NCBI GenBank assembly: GCA_001938485.1
Contig: MQRK01218208.1
Coordinates: forward strand, 1 to 58,692
DNA: 58,692 nucleotides
From: Girardia tigrina
Lineage: Eukaryota
Reading direction: 5' to 3'
In this document: positions 34,388 to 48,500 of the stretch, piece by piece
Layout: the number at the start of each line of letters is the position of its first letter
How positions within the stretch are numbered: position 1 is the stretch's first letter
Position numbers and translations under genes: made by a program
Notes under the pieces: generated by a model
What the model was told of the DNA's origin: nothing
Databases searched by the model: none
What the model saw: the letters and a program-made list of their open reading frames with translations, nothing else

Positions 34388-34879
34388 AATTTTGTATGTT
34401 GATTTTAGTATTTGGAAATGTGTTTCTTCAATCAGATGGAAAATTGATATTTTGGATGTTCGCGACGAATAGTTATTCGAGCATAGTTTGCATTTTAAAT
34501 TACAACATATGATATTCAAAAACTTTTAAAATATTAAATCGTTTCAAATTTTAATATTAAAAATTTTTATAAAGTAAATAAATTTAAACTTATTTTTAAA
34601 TTGATTAAATATATGTTTTTCTTTAAATAAAATCATTTTTAAAATTAAATCCATTTTAGATAAAATTATTAACAAAATTATAAAAGTAGAATTTTAAAAA
34701 TAAAATCTGAAAATAATTTAAAATGAAATTTGTTTGAATAATTATTTATTAACAAAACATAACAAAAAATTATCAATTAAACGAGATGTCAAATTATGAA
34801 AATTTTGCTGAGAATCCCAAAGACAATCCAAATTGTGATGAAAATAAATGTGTGAAAACACATATTGGTGTTCTTAATA
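34388..34879 (+). mobile_element. 5'-truncated LTR, TG...TA family (close to 14424-14951)
   Basis: gtatttggaaatgtgtt..cagatggaaaattgatattttggatgttc and terminal GGTGTTCTTAATA. Confidence 0.8.
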
Positions 34880-34996
34880 ATGCATAAATCGAGAACACTG
34901 AAATCAGGTTTAATAAAATATATATTGTAAATATACTACATTACATGAGTACACGCAATGAATATAACGAAATAAAAAATAAAATAAAATATATAT

Positions 34997-37900
34997 TGTA
35001 AGGATGATTTATAAATTATGATTGTTGTTGATTTAATTCGTGTAACTTTGGTATGATGTTCGGATGTGTTTATGACTCTCTCTGTGTATATATTAATTGT
35101 ATTTTTATTTAATGTATATGTGAGGGATAATTTGAAATGTTGTAAGTTTGTTGTTTGTATGCTGTTTAGATTTGTGACTCTCCTACTCAGATGGGATTGA
35201 TATGTTATTTGATTGATTATTTGAATCTAATATAATTAATTTAATGATATTAATTTTAAGTACTAATTAATTAAAGTTTGATAATTATATAATATCATAA
35301 TTATAATAAAGCATACTATCAAGTTGAACTTAAATCAAGTTGAATCAAAGATAAAAACGGCATTCTCGACAAAGAATTGTCAATATTGTTTTAAAAGAAT
35401 GCCTTTCGGAAGAGCGGTCGCTTCGGCTACCTTTCAAGAACAAATGGTAAAAATTCTTGTGGAATTGAACTGGATGGAAGCAGTCGTATACCTACATGAT
35501 ATCTTGATATTTTCTAAAGATAAGAACGGACATCTACAAAGAATATAGAATGTGTTTCAAAAAATCAAAGAATCAGGTTTGAGGATAAATCCAGAGAAAT
35601 GTCAACTTCTAGTAGAAAAGACCAAGTTTATGGGCTACGTAATAAGTAAAGATGGTATAGAAACTGATATAACAAAGATTAATGCGATTAACAAGTTTCA
35701 AAACCCATAATGTATTAAACATCTAAGGAGTTTCTTGGGTTTGACAAATTATTACAGAAAATTCATAAAAGATTATACAAGATATTCGAAAGTTTTAGAA
35801 GGTATGTGTGGTAAAAACAAGGATAAGAAAATAATATAGACAAAAGAATGTGACGAAGCTTTTCAGAGATTAAAAGAAAGAATGGTTCAAACTCCAGTCT
35901 TGGCGTATCCAGACTTCGATAAAGAATTTATATTGGATACAGATGCAAGTTTCGATACGATTGGAGCAGTACTGTCACAAAAAGATTCGAGTGGAAGAGA
36001 AAGAGTTATTGCATATGGTTCTCATAAGATGAATAAACATGAACTTGGTTATTGCATTACCAGAAAAGAATTACTAGCGATATATTATTTCACTCAGCAT
36101 TTTAAGCATTTCTTATATGGGAAAAGATTCTTGTTGAGAACAGACCACAAAGCTATTACGTTTATTATGACCACAAAGAACCCAATAACACCGCAATTTC
36201 AAACATGGATAAATTTTCTCAGCGGTCTTGATATGAGAATGGAATACAGGAAAGGTGAAAGACACTCAAATGCAGATGCTATGTCGAGAAACTCTTGTGA
36301 ATTATGTAGTCAATGTCAAACAACACATGAAGAAGCAAAAAAATGAAAGATTAAAACTCGAATTCTAGCGATACACGAAGAACCAAATAGTTTCAAATGG
36401 CAGAATGATAATGAAGAAATCGAACAAATCAAGAAAGATTTGAAACAAGGAATAACAAATAAATGGAAACTGAAAGATGATATTGTAGTAACGGAAAATA
36501 ATAAGTACTGGATCCCGAGAACAAATAGAACCGATTTTATTGAAGATATGCATAAGATGTTATGTCATGCTGAGAGTAAAAAGGTTTTTAACTACCTCAG
36601 AGATGATTTTGATATGGAAAANNNGAGAGAAAAGATAAAAGAAGTTGTTCAAAGTTGCATAAATTGTCAAAAGCGAAAAACACTAACTGCGAAAACAAAA
36701 GAAAGACATATTAAGTAATTTGCAGATGAACCTTTTCAGAAGATATATACCGACTTTTGTGGCCCATTCAAGAGAAATGTTAATGGATACCAGTATATTT
36801 TGGCAATAATTGATCAATTTAGCCGATATATTAGCTTGAACTCAGTTGCTCACCGAGACGAGAGAACACTACGGAAAATATTGCTGGATAGATGGATATA
36901 TAAATATGGATCACCTAAAGAAATCCATGTGGATAGAGGCAAAACATTTGAATCAGAACTATTTAAAGAAACACTGAAGAAGTTTAAGATAGAAGTATTT
37001 AATTCAAGCCTGTATCACCACAATACCAATGAAATTATAGAACGACAATTTAGAACAATTAGAGATGCTCTTAATATCAGAATAAAGGATGGAACGCATA
37101 GAGATTGGACGGAAGTATTGTCAGAAATAGAATTTATGATGAATAGTACCATTCAAGCTACGACAGGTATCTCACCAGCAGAAATAATATATGGAAGGAA
37201 ATTAAGACATTGGTTGAAAAATAAAGAAGATAAAGGAAACCAAATGGGAAAAGAAGGAAAAGCTCCAGAAATGAGAAGAATTTTCAAAGTTGGAAACCAG
37301 GTATTGATAAAGATAGAAAATGCATCAAAAGAAGACGACCGATATATTGGCCCTGCAATGATAATAAGACGGAGACATGTAAGAAGTTACGAATTGCAAC
37401 TCGACAATGGTAAAATATTAATAAGAAATGTAGAATGGCTAAAGCCATTTAAATCGAGGGGGATGTGAGGAATAATTGTGAATGTTGTAAGTTTGTTGTT
37501 TGTATGCTGTTTAGATTTGTGACTCTCCTACTCAGATGGGATTGATATGTTATTTGATTGATTATTTGAATCTAACGAAATTAATTTAATGATATTAATT
37601 TTAAGTACTAATTAATTAAAGTTTGATAATTATGAATTTTATTAATATTTTCAGTAAACGATTTTAACTTATTAAATTTAATATATTTTAAAAATTAATG
37701 TTTATTTAAAAAATTACATAATGTCTTTTTATCCAATAAAATTATGAGAAATTAAAATGTAATATTAAAATTTCCCATTCGTTGATTGTTTCATATTTGA
37801 ATATGTAATCAAAAACTATATCAATCAAAGAAAGATGACCTCTGAAAATTGTTGTGAAGAATCTGTTTGTGTTGTAAATAAATGTTTGCATTCAAATTGT

Positions 37901-40900
37901 GATGTTGTTAATAGTATATTTTATAATAAATATGTGTTGTTTAAATATTTCAAATTAACTTGAAAAAGAAGCACAAAATTTGAAATTGAAAAACTGTGGA
38001 TTATAAAATAAATTTTTTTGTTAATGAAAACGTTTTTTGATTTCGGATTTATTAATAAAACCGGGAAGGAAAATAAATGTCAATTTTCGAAAATTAACAT
38101 GGCGACCACGACCATTGCGACACCGAATATTGAGGGTCCCGAAAAATTCGATGGAACCGAATCGAAACTTGAGTAATTTATAAAGAACTTCGACCGTTAT
38201 ACTCAAATTATTGGCCTTGCAGAAGAAAGGAAGGTAATTGTTGTAGCTGCATATTTAACGTCCACAGCAGTTTTAAAATATGATGAAGCACCCGGAATTA
38301 CATTCGATGAAAAATTAAAAGCAGCATTTACGAAACCAAAAACGATATTAGATATAATGAATGAACTTGTTAATCTCAGATTGGAATCTCAGGATCCGGA
38401 TATTGTCTTCAAAAAAGCAGATGAACTTATTGAAAAGCTCTGTGAAAAGAAAATTGGAAAGAAAGAATTATCAAATTTAGTATATATAAATGTTGTCAAT
38501 GACTATGAAGTTAAAAGAGAACTGGTGTTGAGAGGCACATCTGATACCAGAGATATCAAATATATCGTAAAAAGAGTTCATAAATTAAAGAAAATGAGCG
38601 AAGAAACGGTTGCAGCATATACTACAAATGATAACAAATGGAAAACTGTAAAGAAAAAAAGTATCAGCCAAGAGAGGAAACTCGTCAAGTCAGGAGAGAT
38701 ATGGTACAAGAAAGTAAAAAACAGATACATCTAACACATTTCATTGTGCGTTGTTGGGCATGTCATAAAGAAGGACATGTAAGAAGAGAGTGTCCAGAAG
38801 TCAAATGTTTATTTTGTCATAAAAAGGACACTATAAGAGTCAATGTTATGAGAATCCGCATAGATTTGAGGAAAAAGCAGAAAACAGAAGAAGAAAAGAA
38901 AGAATCGGGAATAAATTTAATTCATGCAGATCCCAAAGTAGAGGACCAAAGAAAAAAGGTACTCAGCGGCAGTTATAAATGAAAACGAGTATGATGGCCC
39001 GAACGAGATGCAAGAAATGAACAAAATGTATGGAAAAACAGAATTTTTCAACAGAAACTACCAAAATTCAAAATGTGAGTTTGAGTGTATAGAAAAATGC
39101 TATGACTATGTGGAGCATTTTGATAAGAATGTAATATTTGATTTAAGTAGAGAAATTAAAACAAAAACACAAAGAAAGAATTTTAATCCCTTAGCAATAA
39201 AAGTAATGACAATAAAGACCTATTGAAAATAGATGTATTGAAAATAACTTGTTTGAATATAAGATACGATAAACTAAATGAACGACCAAATATTACGTTC
39301 CAAATAAATGATAGATATTGATTGTGTTTTAAATACTGGCGCCAGGGTAAATTTAATTAAGGCCGACTTATTAAAAAGTATGACAGATGTGAAATTAAAA
39401 GATTCAACGAAACACATATATTGTGCAAACGACTCGGAATTGATAACTTATCGTACTGTTAAATTAATCATCAATATAAAAGAAGTAGAAACAAATGAGT
39501 TTTATGTTGTTAAAGAAATTGTTCCGGAGATGATTGCCTGGGTTGACTTTCTTAAGAAATTCAACATACGACTACCAAAAGTTATGCAAGGATAACGACA
39601 GATTTTGCACATCAAAGACAACAATTTAGACAAAGAAAGAATGATTCGAAGGAAATAATTGTATAAAAGTATAAATGAAAGAGAATTATGGGATATTTTA
39701 ATTGAATACAAGTCCATTTTTATGGCAAAGAAATGGGATGTTGGAAAGACCGATTACACGAAACATCTGATTCAAACACAAGGTGATCCAATACTTGTGA
39801 AGCCGTACAAAAAGTTGAAACACTTTGAAGAAAAATTGGAAGAAATCCTCAGAAATCTGGAAGAAAATGATATAATAGAGAAACGCATATCACCTTGGAA
39901 TTTTCCTTTAGTGTGCGTATGGAAGAAAGAGAAACAAGAAATCAGATTGTGTGTGGATTTTCGTCAGCTTAACAAAGTAACAATAAGACCAGTATTTCCA
40001 ATGCCAAATATCGATGATATGCTGAATACATTAAATGGAGCACAATATTTCAGTACCATTGACCTAAGAAACGCTTACTATCAAGTAGAACTAGAAGAAG
40101 AATCAAAAGAAAAACAGCATTTTCGACAAAAAGTGGACAATATTGCTTTAAAAGAATGCCATTTGGAATTGCGGCAGCACCAGCAACATTTCAGGAACTT
40201 ATGGTAAAAGTTCTTGGAAACTTAAATTGGAAGGACTCAGTGGTATATTTAGATGACATATTGATATTTTCACGAAATAAAGAAGACCATATTCATCGTA
40301 TAAAAAATGTTTTTCAAAGAATAAAAGAATCAGGCTTCAAAATCAATCCTGAAAAGTGTCAATTTTTAGTGCGACAGACAAAATTCTTAGGTTACATTAT
40401 TAGTTCAGAAGGTATTCAGACGGATGAAATAAGATAGAAGCCATTAAACAATTTCAAATTCCATCTTGCATCCATTTACGAAGTTTCTTAGGCCTGATCA
40501 ATTATAATCGAAAGTTTATCAAGGACTACGCAAGATACTAAAAAGTATTGGAAGGAATGTGTGGTAAAAATAAGAACAAAAAATTAATATGGTTGGAGGA
40601 ATGTAATGAAGCGTTTAATAAATTGAAAGGAATGATGATGACAACACCAATTTTGGAATATCCAGATTTTAATGAAAACTTTATTTTGGACACCGATGCC
40701 AGTTTTGACACTATTGGCACAGTTTTATCTCAAATAGATGCTCATGGTAGAGAAGAGGTCATTTCTTATGGATCCAATAAGATGAACAAGCATGAGCTTG
40801 GTTATTGTATCACCAGGAAGGAACTGTTAGCAATTTATTATTTTACCCAACACTTCAAGCATTTCCTTTACGGGAAAAAATTCTTACTAAGAACAGACCA

Positions 40901-41021
40901 TAAGGCGATTACGTTTATGTTAACAACAAAGAAGCCGATTACACCTCAATTCCAAACGTGGATTAATTTTCTTAGTAGTCTTGACATGGACATTGAATAT
41001 AGAAAGGGTAATTTGCAATAA
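34997..41021 (+). mobile_element. Ty3/Gypsy element E: 5' LTR 34997-38099 (split by element A), PBS at 38100, gag ~38099-38980, pol ~39250-41021, truncated in RNase H
   Basis: TGTAAG...TTAACA LTR, PBS TGGCGACCACG; PEKFDG, CCHC knuckle CWACHKEGHVRREC, LNTGA protease, LCVDFR, MPFGI, YLDD, FILDTDAS; many stops. Confidence 0.88.
35119..37913 (+). mobile_element. Ty3/Gypsy element A, internally deleted: partial 5' LTR 35119-~35290, RT-RNase H-integrase 35324-37468, PPT, 3' LTR 37464-37913
   Basis: Perfect 5-bp TSD GTATA (35114-35118, 37914-37918); PPT GAGGGGGA; DTDAS, HHCC zinc finger, D-D-E core, GPA motif. Confidence 0.92.
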
Positions 41022-41106
41022 ATTGTAGTTACATAATGGCAATAAAATGTAATAGAATAAAATATAAACAGTAAAGTGTTGCTCTGTCCCGTACTTCGAA
41101 GGTGGC

Positions 41107-42545
41107 TCAAGGAGTTGAATTAGGGAAAGTTGAATCGTCGTCAGTTGTTGGAATGCAATCGCAATTGGAATTGAAATTTTCAACTTCTTCGTCACATAAT
41201 TTCTTTTCTGAGTGCGCATATTTATAACATTTCTGTTTAATTGGTGTCTCATCTAGCAATGGAATGGGGTGTTTCACGACTTTGCACTCCGTCAAATCGT
41301 AATCGGATTTTGCGAAAACATTTTTATATTTCATTATCAAAGCTATGACTTTACTCCGTTCTTCGGGCGTTAAATTCTCATTGTNAATTTTTATGTCACT
41401 TTCATTTATTTCTTCTCCTTCGGATGGTTTCACAATTTCGACTTCTGTCGTATGTATGATGTGACCCATTCTAGAATTCGGTCTTATTTTCACGTCTTCA
41501 TCGTTAAAATTTGTCAATTGTATTGGTATCTCGCCCCTTTCATTTATGGCCACTAATGTTGCCGCGGTTGCTACTTTATAACTCTTATCGAAATGTTCAT
41601 ATGGCTCGTAAATTACCTCTCCTTGACCTTTCACTGGGCTTTCTACACACATATACACGGTCGATCTCCTTGGAATTACAATTTCTTCTTTCGCTCGTAC
41701 ATCGACTGTTTCGTATGGAACTCCACTTTTGTGCATCAATTTCATTGTTGATAGATCNNNNNNNNNNNNNNNNNNNNNNNNNNNNNNNNNNNNNNNNNNN
41801 NNNNNNNATCTCCTTGGAATTACAATTTCTTCTTTCGCTCGTACATCGACTGTTTCGTATGGAACTCCACTTTTGTGCATCAATTTCATTGTTGATAGAT
41901 CCAATACACCTTGGGGTATCAGTCTCAGAAATAAATCGGTTCCTATTAGAACTGGTACATTTATTTCTCTTGCTATATGAATTTCAGTATTTATCCTTGT
42001 CGACATATAACTTATTTCACACTGTAATTTTCCTTTAAAATTGATCGTTTTTCCATTTACTCCTACAGCACGATTATCATTGTCTTGCAATATTACGTCT
42101 TTATATTCTGTAGGTAATATAACATCATATCGGATTACCGAAATATTTGCTCCGGTGTCGATTAAAGCTTTCACTTTCCGTCCGTTTATTTTTACGTCTA
42201 TTTTCATCAATGGGCCTTGTTTCTCTGTCAATGCATTGACTGAATACGTTCCATAGATTAAATTATTTTTTGGTATTGCATAATTTATTGGAGTGGCTTC
42301 CACAGTTGACTCTGACGTTGTTACTTGTTCTGTTCCGCTTCTGATAATGCATGGAATTATTAATGATGATGGTCGAGCTGGTTTCCCTATTTCGCTTATT
42401 TTTTCGGTCGTTTTTTGTACGTACTCTTTGTCGAATGAAGTTCGAAGCTTTGCTTCTTGTTTTAGAGTTTTTAATTGCGACATTGCCTCGTTTGCTCCGT
42501 CTCCTCTCCTTCGAGCCTCCTCGGCTAGATTTTTGATAAAGCTGA
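41107..42545 (-). mobile_element. Gypsy fragment D: protease, dUTPase-like spacer domain and start of RT
   Basis: ALIDTGANISVI, LIGTD, EIVIPRRS...IPIQLTN....VKI..NSRMG, FAKSDYDL..C.VVKH.I.L....PIKQ. Confidence 0.8.
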
Positions 42546-45500
42546 GATTTTTCCATAACTCTTGTTGCCTTCAAAAGTTTTTCCCCTATCTGATAAAAAT
42601 GATCTGGGTTTCACAAATCGATAAATCCATCTATTTTTAATAGCAGCAATCAACGTGTTTTCATCTTGATTACGAAGTGGCACCAATACAACGACCTTGC
42701 TAAATTTATCAACCAAGTACATATTTCTTTCCCGTTTTAGAAGGTCAAAAATGTGCAATATCCAATACAACTTCTTCAAATAATGTTTTATCATTTCGAG
42801 GTAAAAATGTCTCCTTAGATGGTGTTGTTTGTACCTTCCGTTTTGCACAAATAACACATTCTATAGAAACTTTCTCAATTGTCTGTCGCATTTGTGGCCA
42901 GAAATAGATATCCCGCATATATTCATACAACTTCTTATATCCTATGTGACATAAATCTTGATGAATGTACTGAATTAATCAATGTTGAGCAGCTTCTGGG
43001 ACAACCACGCGTTTTATATGTCCATCCCGATAGAACACCAATTCATCTTCTAATATCAAGTGATTAATGTGTTCCCACAAGGGACCTTGTAACTGCAAGT
43101 CGTATTGAAAACCCAACAGATCTTCAATCCATGTCTGAAATTGAGAACTGAGTGGTATGCTTGTCTGGGACATAAATAAAAGTGCTTTATGATCGGTACG
43201 AGCCAAGAACTTTTTTCCATATAAATAATGCTTGAAATGCATCATGTAATCTCTTAATGCTAGCAATTCCTTTCTGGTAACACAGTAGCCCTTTTTGTGC
43301 TAAATCAGGGTTCTCAATCCGTAAACTATCACCAGTTCCGATCCATCTTCTTGAATTTGACTTAATACCCCTCCAATAGCAGAGATGCTGGCATCTGTAT
43401 CTAGCAACATTTTTTGGTTAATATTAGGGAAGTATAATACCGGACTTGTAGAAAGACACTTTTTAACTTCATCAAAACTGTCTGCACACTCCTGTGACCA
43501 GTAAAATTTCTCTTTAGCGGCACTGACCGCATATAAAGACTTTGATATTTTAGCAAAATCTTTGATAAATCGCCGGTAGTAATTGATAAGACCCAAGAAA
43601 GAACGCAATTGAGTTGCACATTTTGGAACCGGTGCTTCATTAATCGATTTGATTTTATCTTCACAGGTTTCTATTCCTTTGCTACTTACTACATGTCCTA
43701 AAAATCTAACTTCAAACTCCTTCAAACGGCACTTCTGAGAATTGATTTTAAGACCTGCACTTGCAGTACGACTAAAATCTTCCTCGAGCAGAACATCATG
43801 ACCCTTCTCAGAGGAACTGTACACTTCATCCAAAAACACAAATACTCCTTCATACAGCATATCGTGAAATATTTGATGCATTAAAGCTTGAAAAGTTGCT
43901 GGAGCAGTGCACAATCCAAAAGGTAAGCGATTTTCAATTTTGACTCCTCTGTCAACTTCATTTGGTAGTAAGCACTACCCAAGTCGATAGAAGAGAACAT
44001 AACTGCTCCACTCAGTGCATCCAAAAGGCCGTAGGTATCTGGCACCGGAAATGTGAATTTTTCTGTAATCGCGTTTAATGGTCGGAAATCCAAGCACAAT
44101 CGAATATTATTATCCTTTTTCTTTACTACTACCAGATGAGAGTTCCATGGATTTTGACACGGCTTTATGACTTGATTTTCTAATTAACTGCTTTATCAGG
44201 ATATTCACTTCAGTTTCCAAATGTAGAGGACATCTTCTCTGATTTATGGCCACTGGTGAACCAGTTGTTTTAATGTGGTGTTTTAAAACCGCTGTGTGTC
44301 CCAAATCGAAAGTAGAAGCCATGAATATATCTCCATATTGTCGAAAAATATTGTGGATATTCTTTGAAGCAAAAATATTAAGTGCTTTGTCCACTCTCAA
44401 CTGAGTATTTATCTTTACAGCTGCTTCTTGTGTTTGCATCACGAATACTTCTTTAAGATATACTCTGAACATCTTCATGATGTCTATGCCCCCGATAAAG
44501 ACTGGTATTAAGGCCTTCACAACATATACTTCAATTGTATTCTGTTTGTGGCCCCATTGAACGTTGATTTTACTTTTATCTAAACATGCTCCACTGCCCG
44601 ACGAAAAAGCACCCATCAACTTCTCACTTGACGGTTTCAACGGTGGACCACCCATTTCCTTCCAACATGATACATCCATTATTGAAACGGAGGCTCCTGA
44701 ATCCCACAACATCTCGAACTCTGTCTCATTGCATACAACCCTGCTCCCTAATCTACCATCTCTCTTCTGATACATCTTCTTATTCTTCTCTGTATTTTTT
44801 CTATCTCTGAAATTTATTTCCTTTATTGATGCAACCCGACGGACGAGATAGCTATCGTGGGTTGCGGACCATTTTTTTCTTGCTTCCCAAATTGAACTTC
44901 TGAGTTGCTGTCTGAATCATTAAAATCCTTGATGTCTTCAATCAAATCTTCTTCTTCTTGTATGCATAAAATTGGTTGTGAGGTGGCTTCTCTCCTATTG
45001 GATTTGTGTATTTTATAACAATCTCGAAAATTATGACCTTATTTCCCACAAACTAGGCATCTTCCATTTAAAGGACAGTCAATTCTTTTATGTCCCGCTT
45101 CTCCACAACAAAAACAGTGACCCGGTTTTAAAAGTTCAGGCCGTGGTTCTTGTCTTCCCCAAGCCCTATAACAATATCTCTTGGCAATCGACTTCATTGA
45201 TTCGTTCGGTAAATTTCGTTGTTGGTTCGCTAGTATTGGCTGATTATTGGAATTTTCATTTTTAATTATTAATTGTTTGTTTTCCCTTCATTGTGGTTGG
45301 TGAAATCCCATTTTCCGAGGTTGATAATTATCCATGTTTAGTTTTCTAACAGCATCAGAATATTCTATTTGGTAAAACTGCTGCGACTGATTTAGGAGTC
45401 AATTGCTCTAGCATACTGGCTGTTAGGTTGGGAATTATCTTCCATTCTAAATCAAAAACAAAAAAAACTTGCAAAAATTTATTAATCTAACAGTTTAAAT

Positions 45501-48500
45501 TTGTTATTTAAACAAATTTACTTTTTTTATTTTCTTTTTTTTATTTCTATTTTCTATTATTTTTTTTAATTTCGATTATAATTCGAAATTTTTAAAAACC
45601 AAAATTCTTATTTCTGAAAATTAAAAAATTAACAACAACACTCTCTTACACCCCCGCACGCAAGAATTTTTTAATTTTCTCCACATTTCTTTCACATGTT
45701 TTACCAGACATATCTTCTATCATGTACTTTTCGAACTACTTTATATGGTCCGTCGTATCTCCCTTGATCTTTTGTTCGAGATTCTACTTTTACCAATACA
45801 TCATCTCCTGGGAAGAATTTTCTTCGCGTGATAGGCTCCTGGTCCCGTTCATATTGAAATGTCTTGCTATTTTTTCCATCCCATTTCTCCCTGCTAATGC
45901 GTCTTCCGAAAATGATTTCAGCTGGACTCATCCCGATAGTCGTATGTAATGTGGCATTTAATGAGAACTCGATCTCCGGTAGAATTTCAGCCCAGTCGGA
46001 ACTTTTTCTTTCATGCAATGTTGCATTTATATATTCTCTCACCGTACGGAATTGTCGTTCAATTTGTCCGTTTGTGTTATGATGATATGGACTGGAGAAT
46101 CTAATTTCAAAATTCTGTTTCTCTGCGAACTCTTTCATCTTTTTTTGATTCAAAAACCTTACCGCAATCCACATTCATCACCTTGGGAGAACCAAATTTC
46201 AGTATCCAATTCCGCATTATTCCTTTTATTATCGACTCTTCATCTTGTTTCGATATTGCTAATAACGTAATGTATTTACTGAACTGATCAATGATACCTA
46301 TAATATATTTCTTTTTCCCAGAAGTCTCCTTCAATGGTCCACAAATATCTACATAAATACATTCAAAAACCTCTGCAGCTTCTAATTTTATCGTGTTCTC
46401 TTTTGTTTTTGCCGTATATGTTTTATACTTTTGGCATGATTCACAACTGCGTATAATCTCTTTGATCTTACCTTTCAGCTTGTCAAAATCCTTAGTCTCT
46501 TAAATAATACTCAACTTTTCTTGCACCCGCGTGTGCCAACATCCGATGGGTTTCCCAGATAATATCTTCGAGTGACTTTGTGGTTTCATCTTCTGATACA
46601 ACATCCAGTGCACGCGTCTTGATTTTTTCTTTCTTAGCTTCCTCGTGTTGCGTCAAACATTGAGTACATGTATCACAATTCATCCTTGATAGCATATCAG
46701 CATTCGTGTGCAAAGATCCTTTTCGAAATTCTAACTTCATATCCAGACTGCTCAGATAGTTAATCCACGTTTGAAACTGGGATGTAATGGGTTTCTTAGT
46801 GTTCAGCATAAACGTGATTACTTTATGGTCGGTACGCAAAGTAAACCGTTTACCATACAGAAAATGTCTAAAATGGTTATAAAAATAATACATGGCAAGC
46901 AATTCTTTTCTTGTAACACAATAGCCTTTCTCGTGGCTATTCATTGATCGCGACCCATAAGCTACAACTCTTTCTTTTCCTTGGTCGTCCCTCTGTGCTA
47001 ACACGGCTCCAATCGTATCGAAACTAGCATCCGTATCTAGAATAAANNNNNNNNNNNNNNNNNNNNNNNNNNNNNNNNNNNNNNNNNNNNNNNNNNNNNN
47101 NNNNNNNNNNNNNNNNNNNNNNNNNNNNNNNNNNNNNNNNNNNNNNNNNNNNNNNNNNNNNNNNNNNNNNNNNNNNNNNNNNNNNNNNNNNNNNNNNNNN
47201 NNNNNNNNNNNNNNNNNNNNNNNNNNNNNNNNNNNNNNNNNNNNNNNNNNNNNNNNNNNNNNNNNNNNNNNNNNNNNNNNNNNNNNNNNNNNNNNNNNNN
47301 NNNNNNNNNNNNNNNNNNNNNNNNNNNNNNNNNNNNNNNNNNNNNNNNNNNNNNNNNNNNNNNNNNNNNNNNNNNNNNNNNNNNNNNNNNNNNNNNNNNN
47401 NNNNNNNNNNNNNNNNNNNNNNNNNNNNNNNNNNNNNNNNNNNNNNNNNNNNNNNNNNNNNNNNNNNNNNNNNNNNNNNNNNNNNNNNNNNNNNNNNNNN
47501 NNNNNNNNNNNNNNNNNNNNNNNNNNNNNNNNNNNNNNNNNNNNNNNNNNNNNNNNNNNNNNNNNNNNNNNNNNNNNNNNNNNNNNNNNNNNNNNNNNNN
47601 NNNNNNNNNNNNNNNNNNNNNNNNNNNNNNNNNNNNNNNNNNNNNNNNNNNNNNNNNNNNNNNNNNNNNNNNNNNNNNNNNNNNNNNNNNNNNNNNNNNN
47701 NNNNNNNNNNNNNNNNNNNNNNNNNNNNNNNNNNTTTCTTCTCTTTTTTCCACACACAAATTAATGGTGTGTTCCAAGGTGAATTACACTTCCGAATGAT
47801 ATTATTATCATACAAATTCTTTATAGTCTCCATGATTTTTTCTTCGAGATGCACTGGTTGACGAAAAGGTTTTAAATTAATTGGCTCTCCATTCGTCTTA
47901 ATATGATGTTTTGCTAAACTGGTACATACGATATCCCATTTGTCAGCCATGAATACTTCTGCCTGATTTTGAATGACGTCTAATAGTTTTGAATCTACTT
48001 TACCAATGCAATCTAACGCTCTTTTTAATCTCTCTCCTGGCCTTATCACCCTGCCGAATTTCGCCTCGATGTTACACACACTTCCAGGTGCTTCCCTTGA
48101 TGCATTATTGTCTTGAGGTTCATTTCTTTGTATGGAATAACCGAAAATTTTCATGAAGACTATACCTCCTATCAGTTCCGGAACCACACTCTCCACAACA
48201 ATAAATGTTACTGCTTTCCTTGTCTGACATACATTTACTTCTACCTCTATTTTACCCAATACTTTCAATTTTCCATCGTTGGCACCTCTCAAATTGATAT
48301 CGCATTTTTCTGACACCAAATTATTTAAATCTTGATAATACTTCTTACTCATAACATTAACACCTGCTCCTGTATCCAACAAACACTCCCACTGTTTCCC
48401 CTGAATTTCCACTGTAACGCTCGGACGCCCCTGCATTTTACTATAACATATTTCTGATTTCTGATCCTCAATCAACGCGTTAACATAAAATACTTGCTCA

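Noticed and set aside
30166-34879. One LTR element carrying the Ubl/env ORFs between LTR pieces 30166 and 34388-34879
   Set aside because: The LTR pieces belong to different subfamilies, the flanks TAGTA and ATGCA do not match, the ORFs are antisense, and unrelated TE fragments intervene
35324-41021. Tandem elements sharing the LTR at 37464-37913
   Set aside because: The TSD GTATA shows that A is nested in E's own LTR, which ends at 38099
41663-41901. Apparent tandem duplication in element D (DLSTMKLM...IVIPRR twice)
   Set aside because: Identical copies flank a 50-N gap, the usual sign of an unmerged contig overlap
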